The position numbers and the translations under genes were made by a program. Below, piece after piece: positions 1-15,265 of a stretch of DNA of 64,000 bases. The notes under the pieces are model-generated. The model was given only the letters and a program-made list of their open reading frames with translations. It did not search any database and was not told the DNA's origin. This DNA is from Tubulanus polymorphus (taxonomy: Eukaryota; Animalia; Nemertea), in NCBI RefSeq assembly GCF_964204645.1, contig NC_134025.1, forward strand, positions 13,082,001 to 13,146,000. The letters run 5' to 3'. The first letter of the stretch is position 1. The number at the start of each line of letters is the position of its first letter.

Positions 1-1157
1 CACAGGGAACCGAATTAAAATATTCTGGGCAGGGAAATGTCAATGTGTTTGGCAAGTCAGTTGGAGCAATATTGGCTTCATATGTTCGCCTAATTATGGT
101 TAAAATTGACGTAGGAGCTAGTCGACATATGCTCGGTAGTATTGGAATTTTAATGAAGCTAAGTCTTCAACTACCAAGATAAAGTCTGGCGTGTTTACAC
201 CAGCCCAGGTTGAGAGCTATGTGAACATGTGAAGTTGCTATGGAAATAAAGTGTTTGAACACTTCAGAAAGGAGACAAGAGCATCCTACCTGCAAAATCT
301 CAGTCACTTGGTCATACTAAAATTTGAAGCGATAAAAAATTTGTTTCGAAGAGCATTAAATTGGATTTTTTCTCCGATAAGAATGCCGTTTCTCGCAGCC
401 ACCTCCATCGACTTCAATTCAAAACTGTACGGTAGAAACGTGGCAAGCGTTAAATAATTGAGGGAACAAAATCATCTTCCAAAAGCGAATTTCTGTATCC
501 ATTAGGAACCGGACCTGAACCAGCTCATTCTACATTTAATCAGATTTGATGATTAAACGAGTGTTACCGCTGCATGCCGACGTTGAGCTCATTGGCAAAA
601 TTTTGAGCGAAACCATTTCTCATTGGCGATAATTCGCCTTGAAAAGTTCACGGCTCCGCCGAGAGAATCGGCAACATAGTTAAATACTCCCAAGGAACTG
701 ACTTTGTTGATGGCAAGCACTGTGTCGGTTTCATATTTTTTGGAAGCAGCGTCAGTTCTCATTAGATTCTGTTACCTTTTATGGCATCATTTCAATTACA
801 AGCTAATGGAACTGATAATTATTCAGTATAAAACATCGGGGCTTGGATAGGATGCAGGTAATTTCATTACAAACGCGTTTACACGTCTTCCCATCGAGTT
901 CGCCAATGCAATTCACACCTTAGTTATCGCTTTTTACTCCGCAAAAGTGCCGAAGTAGGCAACTTTTGATACGATAGCTTACTGCATCTAGACGTAGTAG
1001 CGCTAAACTGAAGTAAAACTATTCTGTAACGCTGACAAACCATTATTGTTTAAGCAAGAGATTGGCAAGCAACACCAGTCAGACAAAATGTGCTCATCTT
1101 CATAAACTTTTGGTTACAACGACTTACTGAAATACCCTTTCCATCCAATAATCATGA

Positions 1158-1312
1158 AGCCCAGCGCACACGGGTAGATGCTAAGCAGTATTGTCGCTGA
1201 CGACTACTTGTCGGCCAACAAAAGTTGCCAGTGGCCGCGCACTAGGCGATATCTAGCGAATTAGTCACTTGCTACGAAAATCGTCTAGAAATTGCCTAGT
1301 GTGGGGCTGGCC
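1158..1312. mobile_element. Degenerate palindromic MITE relic (Harbinger-like termini)
   Basis: GC-rich imperfect inverted repeats: gcccagcgcacac / gcgcactaggcgatatctag versus ctagaaattgcctagtgtggggctggcc. Confidence 0.4.
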
Positions 1313-4300
1313 ATAGCCACCAGACAGATCAATGAACAATGTTTCGATGCTTTATAGCATCTTGTCGCCATCATAAGGAGCATTACTGTGGCGTGAACCG
1401 TTGAAATGGCAACCATTTTGTTGTCATTTTATGGTGAGCAATTGCATGATGCGAGTCAAGACAAATGACTGATCATAATCAACCATCTAATAGAATCTTT
1501 ATGTAGTGCATACATTCTGTAGAACCCATAAAATCAGTGCGCGCACACTTTTTGGTCATCCCCGAACAACATCTCGGGATGAATAAAGGAAGCTCGGCGA
1601 AGTTGTACCGCGCAATAAAACGAACTGCTTTCGCAGTCATTTGAGAATTGCTGGGAATATTTTGCGTTGATTATTCCGATTTTGAAACCTGGAACGAATA
1701 TATAAAGTCATAAAGACTCCCGCGGGTGGCTTTGCCACTTGAATAGCATGCAAGGAGCGAACCATCAGTACCATCAGTGAAAATATTATCCCATTCAATG
1801 TATGAAATTGAAGCCATTTCATGGTAATAGCAAACCTGGAGTGAGACACTGCACACTATGTTCACCAATGTGATTTGCATTCCTATCACCAGCGAGTTAC
1901 GAAGAACTAATCAAAACTTGATAGCTTTTACTCGAATTATTTCATTTTGATGCAATTCAGCAGTAGCATTTTTTATGTAATCATGCACCTAAAAACCCAT
2001 TAAAAACAACCTATGAAGTAAATTTGAAAGAAAGTTTAGCTTACCATAGACATGACTGCTCAGAGGAATATGAAATATCGTTATTAGTTATTCTGACCTA
2101 GATATAAGTATTTTTGTATCTCATTTCGTCCAATTATTGCATATACAAATCATAGCACAGTTCAAACGTATGATAGTCTGTCAAAATAGATATAACATGA
2201 GAAAGAGGGTGTTTAGAAGTGCCTTCCTCCCTCTCTCTACAGTGAATCAACCAGCATTTTGTCACTAGATAGGACATAGCATCGATGACTCAACCAGCTA
2301 GCGAGCAAGCACCCATAACATTAACAACGGCAATCAGCACTCAAAACTCTGGCATTTCTGAGTTGATTGAAGAAAATACCCCAGCACAGTAAATGAGTCA
2401 AGACCCTAATTACAAAACTCTGGAGCTACCATCACTGTGGCTTGGCAGTTCAGTCCACTTGAGACAGCAACATCAGTGTGGACATTTGTAGAGTCCAGTG
2501 TACAGGTGTGTCAATTCTCACCTGAACTCTAATTAGTGAGAGTGCAATTGTCCGGCCATGAAATTAGAGGATCACCACAGGAATTGAGATGTTTAGCCAT
2601 GTGCATCCTCATGATTCAGTATTAGATAATCTCACAGTACCGGCTGGCTATTGGTGTATACATCTCTTAACCAATCCTTGAAATTGGTCTCAGTGTTGTG
2701 GATGAAATATAATTCTCCTAGACTAGTTCAAAAAGCTCCTGTTAAATTTATAAAATAGATGACCAGAATATATTCACGTAAATAAAAAAAAAAACAATAA
2801 TCATAATTTTACAAAATTTCTTCATATTTAGACAAAGAACATAGAAACTTCTGTTGCTTTAAAAATTGTTTAAATTGTGGATTTTCCTGAAACAAAATAT
2901 AAGAACCTTACGTTTTTTCAATGCAAGATGCAAGTTTTCTTCTTGACATCCGCTAAAAGCTCTTCGAGGACATTATTCTTGTTTAGGGAATAGTCTTAAT
3001 TACAAGTGGCACATGATTGAGCACTCAGGACATTGGTGATTAATAACTAATACTGAGTAATTGCCACATAATAGAGTCTAGTTAATATCACAGAACTTGA
3101 CCAATTTCGCAGCTGAAGATCTGATAAAATGACTGGATTAGATACATTTACACTTCCTTTTCTGTCAGCAATAATTATTTGCATTATAGTGTGACGTATT
3201 TAGAATTCATTCCTCACGATTTCGAGCATTTAACTTATCCCTTTTTTCATCCCGTAGCGATTTCATTCTCGAGTCAATTCTCCAATTCGCATCAACGCAT
3301 TGAAACAAAAATTTCGTCGTCCTTTTATCAGCACCATCATCATCATAGCAAATACAATGCTTACGCTTTATACAACAATTGTCATTTGCGTATCTTGGTT
3401 ATGATTGAATTACAGGGGCCAGATAGGATATTACTGCACCGATCACTAAAATATCAATTTCGGTGCCAATTCACCGTATTGCGAATGATTATTCTGCATG
3501 CACTGCCGGAGCGAAGCCTTAAGTTGATTTGCTCCAGGACTTCATATGGACTGTAATTTAATTTCGTATAAAATCAGGAAAAAATAATCCCTTATGTGGG
3601 GCGATTATTAGATACTAGTGACTAAAGCATATTTAGCGCAAAGCATCATCGAGACACACCATGCAATGAACAAAAACACTCATCATTAGAGGAGAATTCA
3701 TCGGGCAATTTTCGTTCAAGTCAACGTTGCAGAAATTTCGCATAGCACACGATACAGAATTATAACATTTTAGGTAATGAGTTTTTCGTCTTTCGGGTGA
3801 AAAAATGATTATTTCGAATGGCGGTGCGGATTTTTTTGCACGTTACGCTATATAAGAGGACATCATTTAACGCGGGAACCCGGCAACAAATCACGGTGCG
3901 GAGACAACGACAACTACCAGGGAGAGTGTCATGTCACGCAAGTGGATTAACGCACAATGGGGTTCGTTTTGAAGCCGACAAGTTTGGCTCATTGCGACGA
4001 TCGCGACCGACCTCTCGCATGACTAGTGTTTGTAACCTGATCAAAATGAAGCCAATACCGAGCTGACTTAGCAAATTTGTCCAAATTCATCTAATAAAAT
4101 ACAAACGGTGATTGCACGCTAGCGAAAATGATCTCTTTTCCGACGCACGCATGACTTGAAATAGCCAATCTACGTTGGCAGTCTGTTGTGTCATGTGCGT
4201 CGATGATAGTTCATTTTTATGGCCCGGATTGGGTGCTACAGTTACGCAATAACTGCCTTCAGTGTGATGATCGAGATGGGAAAATGCCCATTGTCTACAT

Positions 4301-7300
4301 AATTAAGGTTTAAACAATTCGCCGAATATCAGTTGAGGGATTCGGATAAATTGTTTGATTACACAGTGCCGGAACATGCGAGAAAAGTCTTGCCAGGTTG
4401 AAACTTCTGATGAAACACTCAGTCAATTCCTGATTAGAATCTCAGCATGCCGAGAAAATATTCAGCTCAATTGAGAAGCCAAGATTCCATAAAAAGCCAA
4501 TTGCTCGTAGTAAATGAATACTGGCAATTATTCCTATGAATTAACACTCCCGATACCAGGTGAACATGCAAAATTTTCATCTGTATAAAATCTTTCATTT
4601 ACTTCCGTATCGTCAACGTTCCGAAGACATGCGATAGTACCATTTCAGACGCACGGATTCGCGTAGTTTCAGCTTGGTGAAAAACATGTCAGCAAATTAG
4701 AATATATGTTTACACGATATTGAGACGGATGCGAATTATGTCTTATGTCGCAATTGTGGAATGTCTCTTTTCGATTGTGTCAGCATTTGCCGTTTTGGGA
4801 TATACAAACGCGCCGCTAGAATCACAGACATGAAATCTTGAATCAACTGGAGTTTCAGTAAAACAGTTACTTTCTATTGAAACCCACAATCAAAAGACTA
4901 ACTATTAGATTAGTCTGACATTTCGTCTCAAATACTACAAGCCACTTTCAAGCTTCTCCCAGTTTTTTCAGCTACTCTCTACTAGTTTTTCTTTTAATTG
5001 TGGGCCTTCCTTCAGTTCAAACATCAACTCGCTGACTATGTTAGACTTTCTTGTTTTCAATTGAAATAAAGCATTCACATGAAATCTAGCAAAAATTATT
5101 TATGAAGTCTACCGACAATTAAACACATCTAATCTGTATGCTATTGTTTATTCAGTCATCCATTAGACGATGCATCCCAGTGTCTCGACAGTTAACGCTG
5201 CAAAATTCAAATTTCAAATACTTGGGGACGTACTTTATTTCGAAGTTGTTTTGGATTAGCGCTGTATAATGACATTTTGAATTTTAATGCAAATATCAAG
5301 CAAAGTTTGCAACCATTCAAAACCACATAACAAGAGCGATTTCGCTGGTACAAACCTCTCAGAGGACACGTTTCATCGGCATCACGAAGCCCATGTCTAG
5401 CACTTGGATTCGATCTTGAATGCGTTGAAATGCATGGTCTGCACATAAAATTCAAGTCTCTGTTCAAAAGTACTCACGCGCCCTCAAGAGATTACGTCAA
5501 CCGTGCAAACCCACTGCACAATGGCTACCAAGTCAAGAGTGGAACCACTTTTTCAGATGAACTAGAATTTTACAAACTGAATTTACTGCAAAAATGCCCC
5601 CCCCCCGATCCGAATGCATTATGCTCCTTGAAAACAAGCAGTGAAAACTGTCTTTACAGGTTCAAGCAGCTAATGCTGCATTCTTCAAATAAACAGCGCC
5701 AGACTAAAAGAGGTAATGCCTCTCTGTATGCTGGTTAACAACCTTCCGGAGGTAAATAAAATATATATTTTGTACTCGAGCCCTGGAAAGTGTGTCAACA
5801 GACAAACTCGCCATAAATTGAAATGCAATATGGTTGTTTGGCTCATAGAATACAAAGAGCAGCGTGTATGTACTCAGCATGTACACGGTGACATTGGCAT
5901 CAAAATACAAAATTCATAGTAATTTAACTGATCCAATTCATAAATCGATGAGAGAAAATTGTGTCTTAGTTGTTGATTAGATTGCTCAGAGAAATTCAAT
6001 TACGGGGTAAAGACTGAAAGCGCGCATGCATGAACGAGCAGTGTAGCCACGACTAGACTGAACCACGTCTGGCGTCTGGTCGGTCAGAGCTCGTACATCT
6101 CATCTGCTACCACAACAAAACATTTTGCACCAATCCACGCCATACAACCCAATGCGCTAAATGCAGAGATGGAAAATCACGGTTACACACATTCGTTAGA
6201 AACCTAGAAACCAAGATGATCAATAAATACGCTTTGTTGTTGGTAAGTTAAGTCAATCAACAAAGCAGTGCCACTACATTTGTCGACCGTCCTTGCAAGA
6301 TCCCCTTACGTGAGATACTGACGAAAAACTCATGTTCGATCATGACACGATTGTACAGCTTGATAATTATCACAGCCTTGTCGTGCAAATGCTCGGAATA
6401 AGCTGCAACTGCACCAATTCAGCGGTCAACTGCAGTGGACATTAGTGCATGGTGTTATCTACAGCCAGGAATATGCGTGAAGATAAAAATGTATCTATTG
6501 CTTATGATGATTGGTCATTGGTAACTGGATACGGCTCAAAACTTGGTTGAATCACACATAACCGTCTGAGCCTCACATGCTTCTTTCAAACAGTTCCCAA
6601 TATCCTTACGATTATTCATCTTACAAAAACTTTTCCGTTTGACGCTAGAAACTTTGTCTTGGGCACATCGCCCAATCATTTTATTCTCAGTTAAGCAAGA
6701 TGAAGGATCCAGCTTAAGCCCAAGCTAAATGCAGGGTGAATATGCAAGTGGGTTATGTCAGTCTTGCTCGTATCAATGAATTAACTATTTGAAAGTTAAG
6801 TTAAGTTATATTCTCTTCGTTCATTGCCAATGCAATGCAATAATTGCAAGGAAACAAACCATCGTTGAAAATGCCTTGACTGCACTTCCGATTTTCCTGA
6901 TGCAGGTTACTGCATTACATCATGACCTGGAAACCGATTGGAAAATTAAATCCAACTACACTCACACTTTCATACACTGGAGAGCTGAGAAATACACTAG
7001 AAGCGAATTCAACATTTCCAGCCTAGCTGGGTTCCTGTTGGCGTTTTCTTTTACCTGTGAACCAATTCCAGCGATAATTATATTCATCTTTTCATTTCCG
7101 ATCATTTTCCCATTAGCGCCGACTTGTCATAATCTTCGGGGTAATTGCATTACATCTTCAGCTGTTCTTCTGCAGCCAGGAAGGGATGCAATTTCAGCAT
7201 TACTGTTTTCCCAAGCCTAGCAACTTGCTATGCCACGAATCTAAGCTAACAAAGCATACTGATACATCTACCTTCCCTTGGCAACTGCAAACTAGTAACA

Positions 7301-10300
7301 ATATTTATATCCTCAACTCTGGTAGCTATTTCTCCAATAAACACAGCTTCCCATCCATCTAGTTCAGTAAGGCAGAATTAAAACTTAAGAAATTAGTAGG
7401 CTCATATCTTCCACTCCATTAAAGCCACGAGATATATATTCACTTGAAATATTCAGTCCCGGTTTTTATGTTCCGACTTTTAGACCTAAGACTGAAAGTG
7501 ATTTCTTACGGGAATTCAGCCATATAGAATATCAATGACAGTCGTTATTATTTTAGTTCGCTATCATGTTTTGTATCTCGAGAACGGAATGCCAAGAATG
7601 GTATTTAATATAACACCAAAAAGCATATCTTGACTTCCGTATTATTATGACAATGGATGGATAGCTTCCTACACACAAACATAAAAAATGAAGACCTCCC
7701 GCTCGCTGATGAATCTAATTGAAAGTTCAATAATATTCAACCCTACATTTGATTGGTTAAACCGCAAGTCAACGTACTTAATGTACCTGAAAATAGCGTG
7801 AGTTGAGTGATATAACTATCAACATGAATTACAGAGTATTTCATCAACAGATAATAGCTTATCATGGTACTTTTTAGTTATATGCCAAATATATGATCTT
7901 ATTGCAAATCCATTGTTCAGTACTTTTCATGGTCTAAGGTACTTCAGGTCCCAATGCTTAAAAAAAAGTTCTATTGACTTATGGAGTATTCACAATTAAT
8001 TTCAGAAAATATGTCAGCTCCGAAGTTTGACCTTGAGGTTTTATGTTGAGCCCAAGAGCATCCTTGGACTAGTGACTAGTCACACGCGGATCTTTCATAT
8101 GGCTTCAGTCATTGGTTAATGACTCTGCGTGTTGCCGAGGAACCACCACATACAATCCAGACATGGTATGATATTAAACCTAATCAAAATTCACGGCACA
8201 GTATTTTTCACATTAAACAGGCTGCGCCATTGTGTGAAATAACAGGATGGTAATCAGGGGATCAAAGCAAATGAAATTTCTGGTGAGCTCAACGCACTAA
8301 TGTTCGTTCTGTATTTGTCTCCTCATGCGATTTTATGGATGATACGGATGACGATATAACGAAAAGTAAAATGACTCTAAGCACGAATATAAATTGAAAC
8401 AATATCGCCATAACGGTTCTCAATTAAGAAGTTATGAATGTCTGAACCTATTTCTGATGCCATGAAACTGAAAAACTGCACGAATAATGAATCTTTTCCG
8501 AATCATTTTTGCCAGCAAAAACGACATTGTTCTTTAGATTGCAATACCTCCCAATGAATGCGGAAACCTATCGGTGTTTATTCCTCAAATCGCGTAAAAA
8601 TACTGTTATAAGTGTTATTTGGTATCCGGAACATTGTTCGGACAATCTGAAGTTCACAAACCATGCGCCGAATACAAACATTTTGACCAACCATAGTTGA
8701 ACTGAAGGAAGCCAATCATATCGATCATGTGATCTTATACCATGGCGACTTATGTCTTGACAAAAATACTATATACTATTCATTATCATCATGAATAAAA
8801 TCAGAATTGCAAGTACATTTCATTGAATACCAGACTCTGTCATCATTTCAAATCATATGACAGTTCTAGAATGCATCATACACCATGATGGCGCTTGATT
8901 TGATTGAAAAGTGTTTTAAGCCAAAAAGAGAACTTGCGCATCTCGGGATTAAATACATTTTTTTCTGATAAACAATATATATATTTATATATTTATTTAT
9001 GTTTCTTGAAATGTTCGGCATGTTTGCATGTTGAGCTATAGATATGCTAGAATCAATTTACCTTCCACACGTTACTGTATATCTGGGGCAATCTAAACAT
9101 TGACAATCATCAAATAACTTCTTTCGGCAGTGGCGATAATCGAATATTGGAATAATACTTAGATTCCGAGATATTTTAAGTAGAACCACATCCAATCAGA
9201 AATTTCAAAGAGACCTAACCGATAAAACTGAAGTAATCATCATCTTAACTCGTTACTAGTTTACTGATGACGACGGCAACGATGCAGTAGTGCAAGTTTT
9301 CAGCGATGCAGTATTCATTGGGATTGATTCAAAAAATTACTTCAATTCCTCATTTCTGCGTGGACAGGCAGTGCGCGTGCATCGTGGAAAGCTATTTTTA
9401 CTGAGTACCATACCAGTCTCAAGCTTGTTACAAAGGCTATAAATCATCAGTAGCCGTCAATGCCACCTCAAAATAACACGGTATTCTACTGCTTCAGCCA
9501 TCAGAGAACAACATTAAAACCTCGTCTCCACAAATAGAAAACTGGGGGAAAGCAATCCGTATTGGTTTTTAAAATCTATGCATTCGCTGGTACAGTTTGT
9601 TTTTGTTGAGGTAAATGTAAGAAATCCGGGAAAAATTTCAAGGGAATTGAGTGATACTTCAGATCGCATGTAACACCTGACCATGCCTTGATATCATAAT
9701 ATAAAAAATCAAAATAATTTGTGTAAAACTGTCTGGTTTGGCGAGAATAATAAACTGAAGTATGTATAGATGTTCATTAAGTATTCATTTTTAGACTTAC
9801 ATCATAATGAACACCTGTTCTGAAAACAGATGTTGCCACAAAAAACAATTGTTTTATTTAAAGAGTTTACTTCAAATATGCATTGGGCATCTGCGCATAC
9901 AACATACATCTAATGATAGGTTAGATCTGAGAATGCCATGTCTCGTTTTGAAATTGATATACATTTTAGGGGTGATTTAGACATGGCAAAGTTAAAATTG
10001 TGGTATAACTCCATGTAGAACCCAATTCTAACCCAATATTCAAATGTGTTACATAGCTCACAATATTACTTACCAAACGAAGTGAGGGAATTTTCCAACT
10101 GGCTCATGAATCCTATAGGTCTACGCATGATTTTACAATAGGCAATAAGAGATCACACAATTCGAGCATTAGATCAATTTTTTAATGCGCTATCATAAAA
10201 AAGGTCTGTTAATGCGTCCTTTCAATTGACATCTGGTGTCAGTTTTATCGATTTTGACCGGATTGATTTTAATGAAAAAAAGAAACGGTTGATGAATTAA

Positions 10301-13300
10301 ATGAACACTGTTGCCACTGAACAGCGCATTATAAATACATGTATACATAGATTACGGTTGTACACATTTACAGACAGACACAGACATTGAAAATCGTACA
10401 TATGTGTCACTTCATAGAATAAAACAACAAATTCTGATGACGAACAAACTAAATAACAAATCTTTCCAGCAGACAACTGATTCAGATTGACGATGGGTTC
10501 GGTTTCGCTTCGACATGGTCTTATTTAAGACCAGACAAAGTATCTCAATCGTAAAGCCTCAGCGATAAAGGGACATTAGCTCTCATCACATTTTCTTATT
10601 TTCAGCCGCATAATTTCAAAATCAATAACGCGATCATCAATAATTCTTGTACGTGTATCGATCGTTGGTAACACATGAGCACATACAAACGACAAGGTGA
10701 CTACCAGAGTAACCGATGATGACGACGACGTTAGAAGATGTAGCACAGATACAAATTGTTTGAGTTACACTCTGCCGGAACAGACGCTGGATGAAATACA
10801 GTATTGAACTGTACATATATCCCTTTTTACCTATAACAATTGCACTGTTCTTAGAGAACAGGAGAAACTACATGTATAGCCGACTACACTAACTCCTGTA
10901 CATCTTAGCATGTTATCAGTTCATCGATTATTCGAGAACCATGTCTCTCTTCAGAACAGTTATTATACATGATATGAAAACACACATTTTTGGACTTTCT
11001 ACCAAAGATTTCCAAAACGTCGTATATACTGGGATATTGAACATATCCCCAGCCTTAGGTAGGATATGTGACCACATAGCCCAAGATGCATAGTAAAGGA
11101 AAAATAATATAAGTTACAAATATCGGTCATACTACATTGAAAGTAAGGATTTGTCACAAACATGAACTCAATTCAAATGAATCCCAATAAACACATGAGC
11201 AAATGTTCTGAAGTGTTCATTCATGGTATAGCATATTTTGTCACTGTTAGCTTGGGAGTGAGTTTCTTGGGAAGCCAGTCGAGACAAAATTTGGGTCAAT
11301 AACTTCAATACTTTCAATAATGTTTTGAAAGACTTGTAAACACAATAATCGCAACAGTGAAGAGCATGTTGAAAATGAAAAGGTTGCTTGGTACTACCAA
11401 CAGAACAAAACAATGCTTGTCTGCACTTTCAAAATTTTTTTCCAAATATATAGACAATATTTTAGTCGCACAGGAGTAATACTCTAGCAGACAATCTCCT
11501 TATAACAATTCAAAATAATTTCAATTTAGTCGCACTAGATAATACAGCATAAAAACATTCGAGTACACATATACGAGGACTCTACATCGAATCAGCCAGA
11601 TGAAACAAACCATAGTCTTGCGGTACATTTTGCTTAGCCAGGTCCTAAAAATACTAGCATGTATACCACCAGTGGATTGTATTTGGAAGATATATATTTG
11701 CACACCAACAAATTCTTCCACGTAGAAGATTATCTATCTCAAAGAAATCATAGTTCAGTCGATGACGATAACACTAACTTTAGGTTATTAAAGGTCATAT
11801 AGACTGAAATGCATGTATCAGGGAATGCTAGTGGAATATACCGACACTAATATCACATACCTATTGAATAGAAATGCTGATAACTGAACGTAGTAGAAGA
11901 CTTAACTGATGATACGCAGGGAGATGATAATAACAACAACCATGAAAAAGATGTTTTTACCGCTTTATCGGGGAATGTTCCAATCAAGTAAAGGAGATGG
12001 ACGTTTCATTTTGATTTTGAGAAGAAAATGTTGATTTCAAAATGTCACAAGGCAGTATCTAACCAGAAAAATGATATGATTTTTTTTTCAAAATTGATTA
12101 ATAGGGAATGTTTGAAGAAGCTACTCGAGATAGACAATTGGTTTCAATCATGAAGAGTTTAGATTAAGGTTTCCTTTAGATGGAATGATATCAGACATCA
12201 ACTAAGCTTATCGGATTTGTAGTTAAGAAAGCTTAGGGTTCAGCATGCGAATCAAGTCACTGAATCTGGAATGGATGAGCCGAGAGCATTATCGTCTTGA
12301 AAACACGATGAATTGGAAATTTTATCAATGCCTAAGAATGCAGTCCCCCTCCCTCGATGACATTAAAAGCAAATTATTATTTTTCTGCATGGCTGTTCGT
12401 GAGTGGTATACTTTTATGAAAACTGCAATGTGGAAAGATTGATAATCAGCACTTCATTATTTTGAATATACCTTCAAATGGAAGTAGTAGATGACTTGGA
12501 AATATAATAGACATGATGCGAGCGATAAAATTTTCAATTTAGCTCGGAATTACACAAGGTTTTGGATTTCCATGCATATTGATGGGCGCCGCGAATTCCA
12601 ATAATTTCTGAGTTTAGGGATCATAAGACAGCGTGTAAGCTTCATTAGACTTATACATGATGAGAGGAATAGTGACAGAAACCGTGAGGGAATGAAACGC
12701 ACTGATCAAGAAGGCGCGAATCAGTGTACCAACTCCCACGAGAGCTTGTCGGGTCTGCCGACAGAAAAAAGCAAATCTGGTGTCGAGGAAGAGTTAATCG
12801 AAAGCAGGAATGAGAAAAGAATATCGCCTGATTTTGTAACAATTTTTTGTAAATCAAAACAATGTCTTAATATAACTTAATACACGGGCTGTTCATAAAG
12901 TATAAAGTATAAATGGCCTATATTGAAGTGTTCAATATGGGGATATAGACAGGATATCTATCAGCCTTTACATTGCAAAAGGGTCTCTAATCTGTCAATG
13001 GCGAATTGGTGGGATCCATTCTTTAACATGGTATGGGCTCCACTTATATCAATAATACTGTGCTGATCCCATCCATGTGCACCCTTGGGCTTTCAAAGAG
13101 TTTAATAAGTAGTGTTCAACTCAGTGTGAATTGACTGAGTTTCAAAGATCTTCTTTCAGAAATGGGTGCCCAACAATAATAATTTGCCAATGAATGCAGC
13201 TCATTATACAACAATTACTCGAGGCTCAGATATGGCTTCAGATGCATTCAGACGAAGGCAAATCCTATCAAACTTAACAAAACGTAAAAATAGACGAAAA

Positions 13301-15053
13301 CTTTGACCAAAACTGATCAACAATCATTGTTTGTCAACTTATGCTAATGATGCATTCATGACGAGCGGCGAGCAACTTGCAAGATTGAGTCCATGCAAAA
13401 TCATATGGATCTCCTCTGAAGTAGGGTTTCAATGGGACGAACAGTGCCCCCAGCCAGCCACCCGACAGAACGCATCAAGCTGCGGCTTTTTGAAGGCAAC
13501 AAATGGACCGTGAAAGGTGTTTATATTGGGTAGAAGATGGCGGCGAGCCATCTCAATGACAAAGTTGACTAAAAAAGCAGAAACCGCCTTTGTGGTTTAA
13601 TTAAGCGAATTAAATTCCCGATCTACTTTAGGGGAATTATGTCCCTAACACAAACGCTATGAATAGGCACAGCAAATTTTTCTGCATCCGTATCTGATTT
13701 CAAAGTCTATTTTTTCCCAGCCGCCAGTCCATATGGATGTACAAGAGAAATAATCCTGCATTTCCGACTATGAGACGCACAAAACGATGATAATTATTTC
13801 CTGTAAACCGTGATTGTGCATCGAGAATCGTGTTTAAGATGGAGAGTAAATTTGATTTTCGTTGATACGAAATGAGGTAACAATGCGAGGTAAGTCAATA
13901 TTCGGCTTGATCTTGATTCAGCTTTGGGCGCTGCTTTGGATCAGAACTAGTGAGTCCTAAGCTGCCGTATGCTCGGTGGCCCGATAATGAGATTACTGGC
14001 CGGACAAGTCAACCAGTTATAAGAGCTATATTAGCGACACTGTGTCTAATGCCAGATGGAGGTCAGATAAGAGACATTCTCAACATAAAGGATTATTATT
14101 CTTAGACATAGAATGCAATCGCGGTTATGGTTAGAGTTGAAAATGAGCAAAGATTGTTTTAGTACCCGAAGTTACATTCTACCCGACAATATTGCTTCAC
14201 TTTAGCAATTAAAATATGACTATTCAAAAAACAGGAAGATTATATTACCTCCCAAGGCTAAGCATAATAAAATAACTCAATAAAGTCACTTAGTCAGTGG
14301 TGGCATAGCCCACAGCTTCAGGAAATCACGCTTATTTTCCCAGCATGTTCGAGATCTTGTAATCTTTTACTCTATCGGCAGTCTGAACTGTTTTTCAGAA
14401 ATTGAAGCAATGCACAGGATATAATACAGCAGTTAGTGACTACTCCTGAAAGCTAAAAACCATCAGGATAGATATCTCAGTGGTGTTAATGGAAAATATT
14501 TTCATTCGGACAAAAAATTGAATACGCAATGTTATATCAGAAATATTCAAGGCATGATGATAGATTTTTATGAGCATGAAAGCAATACTCCACTCAATAT
14601 GGTGAATGATTTATATCATGGAAATCTATCATTGGGTGGGAAAAGTATTGGTTTTACATCATTGGTTACACCATTGCTCGTCTAAACACCTCACATTCAT
14701 CGTCAACGCTGGGGTACACTTACTCTTCAAAACAGATGACACTCCTACTTGAAACACTGTGAGTAGAGAACGGCCACAAGGTATAAGAAGAGCATTACAG
14801 ATTTCGTTCGCAAGTTCAGTGAAAGGTACTTGTCAACATCATATTCAGACTGTGTAAACCTTCCAGCAAAATTACCTCAATGAGTAATCAACCTGAGATA
14901 AAATGACCTAAGACAAGGAGTATGATTTTAAGGCTATATAACTGGCTTCTCAACCACATCAATATCAACTGATATGCACATAAAGAATCAACAGATTGGT
15001 GACAGTCAACTCTAGTATCCAACATTCTCATAGACCACAATGGGTCAAACCTG

Positions 15054-15265
15054 CAGGTAGATCTCAACACACCTAGGACGTGTAGATCTCAACATACCCA
15101 GGATGGGTAGATCTCAACAAACTCACAACAAGCAGATCTCAACGGCACTCCAGGATGGGTAGCTCTCAACACATACCCAGGACTGGTAGATCTCAACACA
15201 CCCATGGCGGGTAGATAGATCTCAACACACCTAGGACAGGTTGATCTCAATTCACCCAGGACAGG
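15054..15265. repeat. Minisatellite, ~8 copies of a 25-29 bp unit (GGTAGATCTCAACACACCCAGGAYG)
   Basis: Core GTAGATCTCAAC recurs with related, not unique, intervening bases. Confidence 0.9.

Noticed and set aside
1637-1700. NQRKIFPAILK resembling the homeodomain start KKRGIFPK
   Set aside because: Stops immediately with no WLFQHL; chance similarity.
10072-10110. Possible 39-nt cassette exon (FMSQLENSLTSF) and a 19-nt candidate near 17283 in the Meis intron
   Set aside because: Splice-like strings are expected by chance in 20 kb; weak acceptor or frameshifting length; no homology support.
15054-15265. CRISPR-like periodic repeat
   Set aside because: Eukaryotic intron; the spacers are ~13 bp and related to each other, and there are no cas genes. 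It is a minisatellite.
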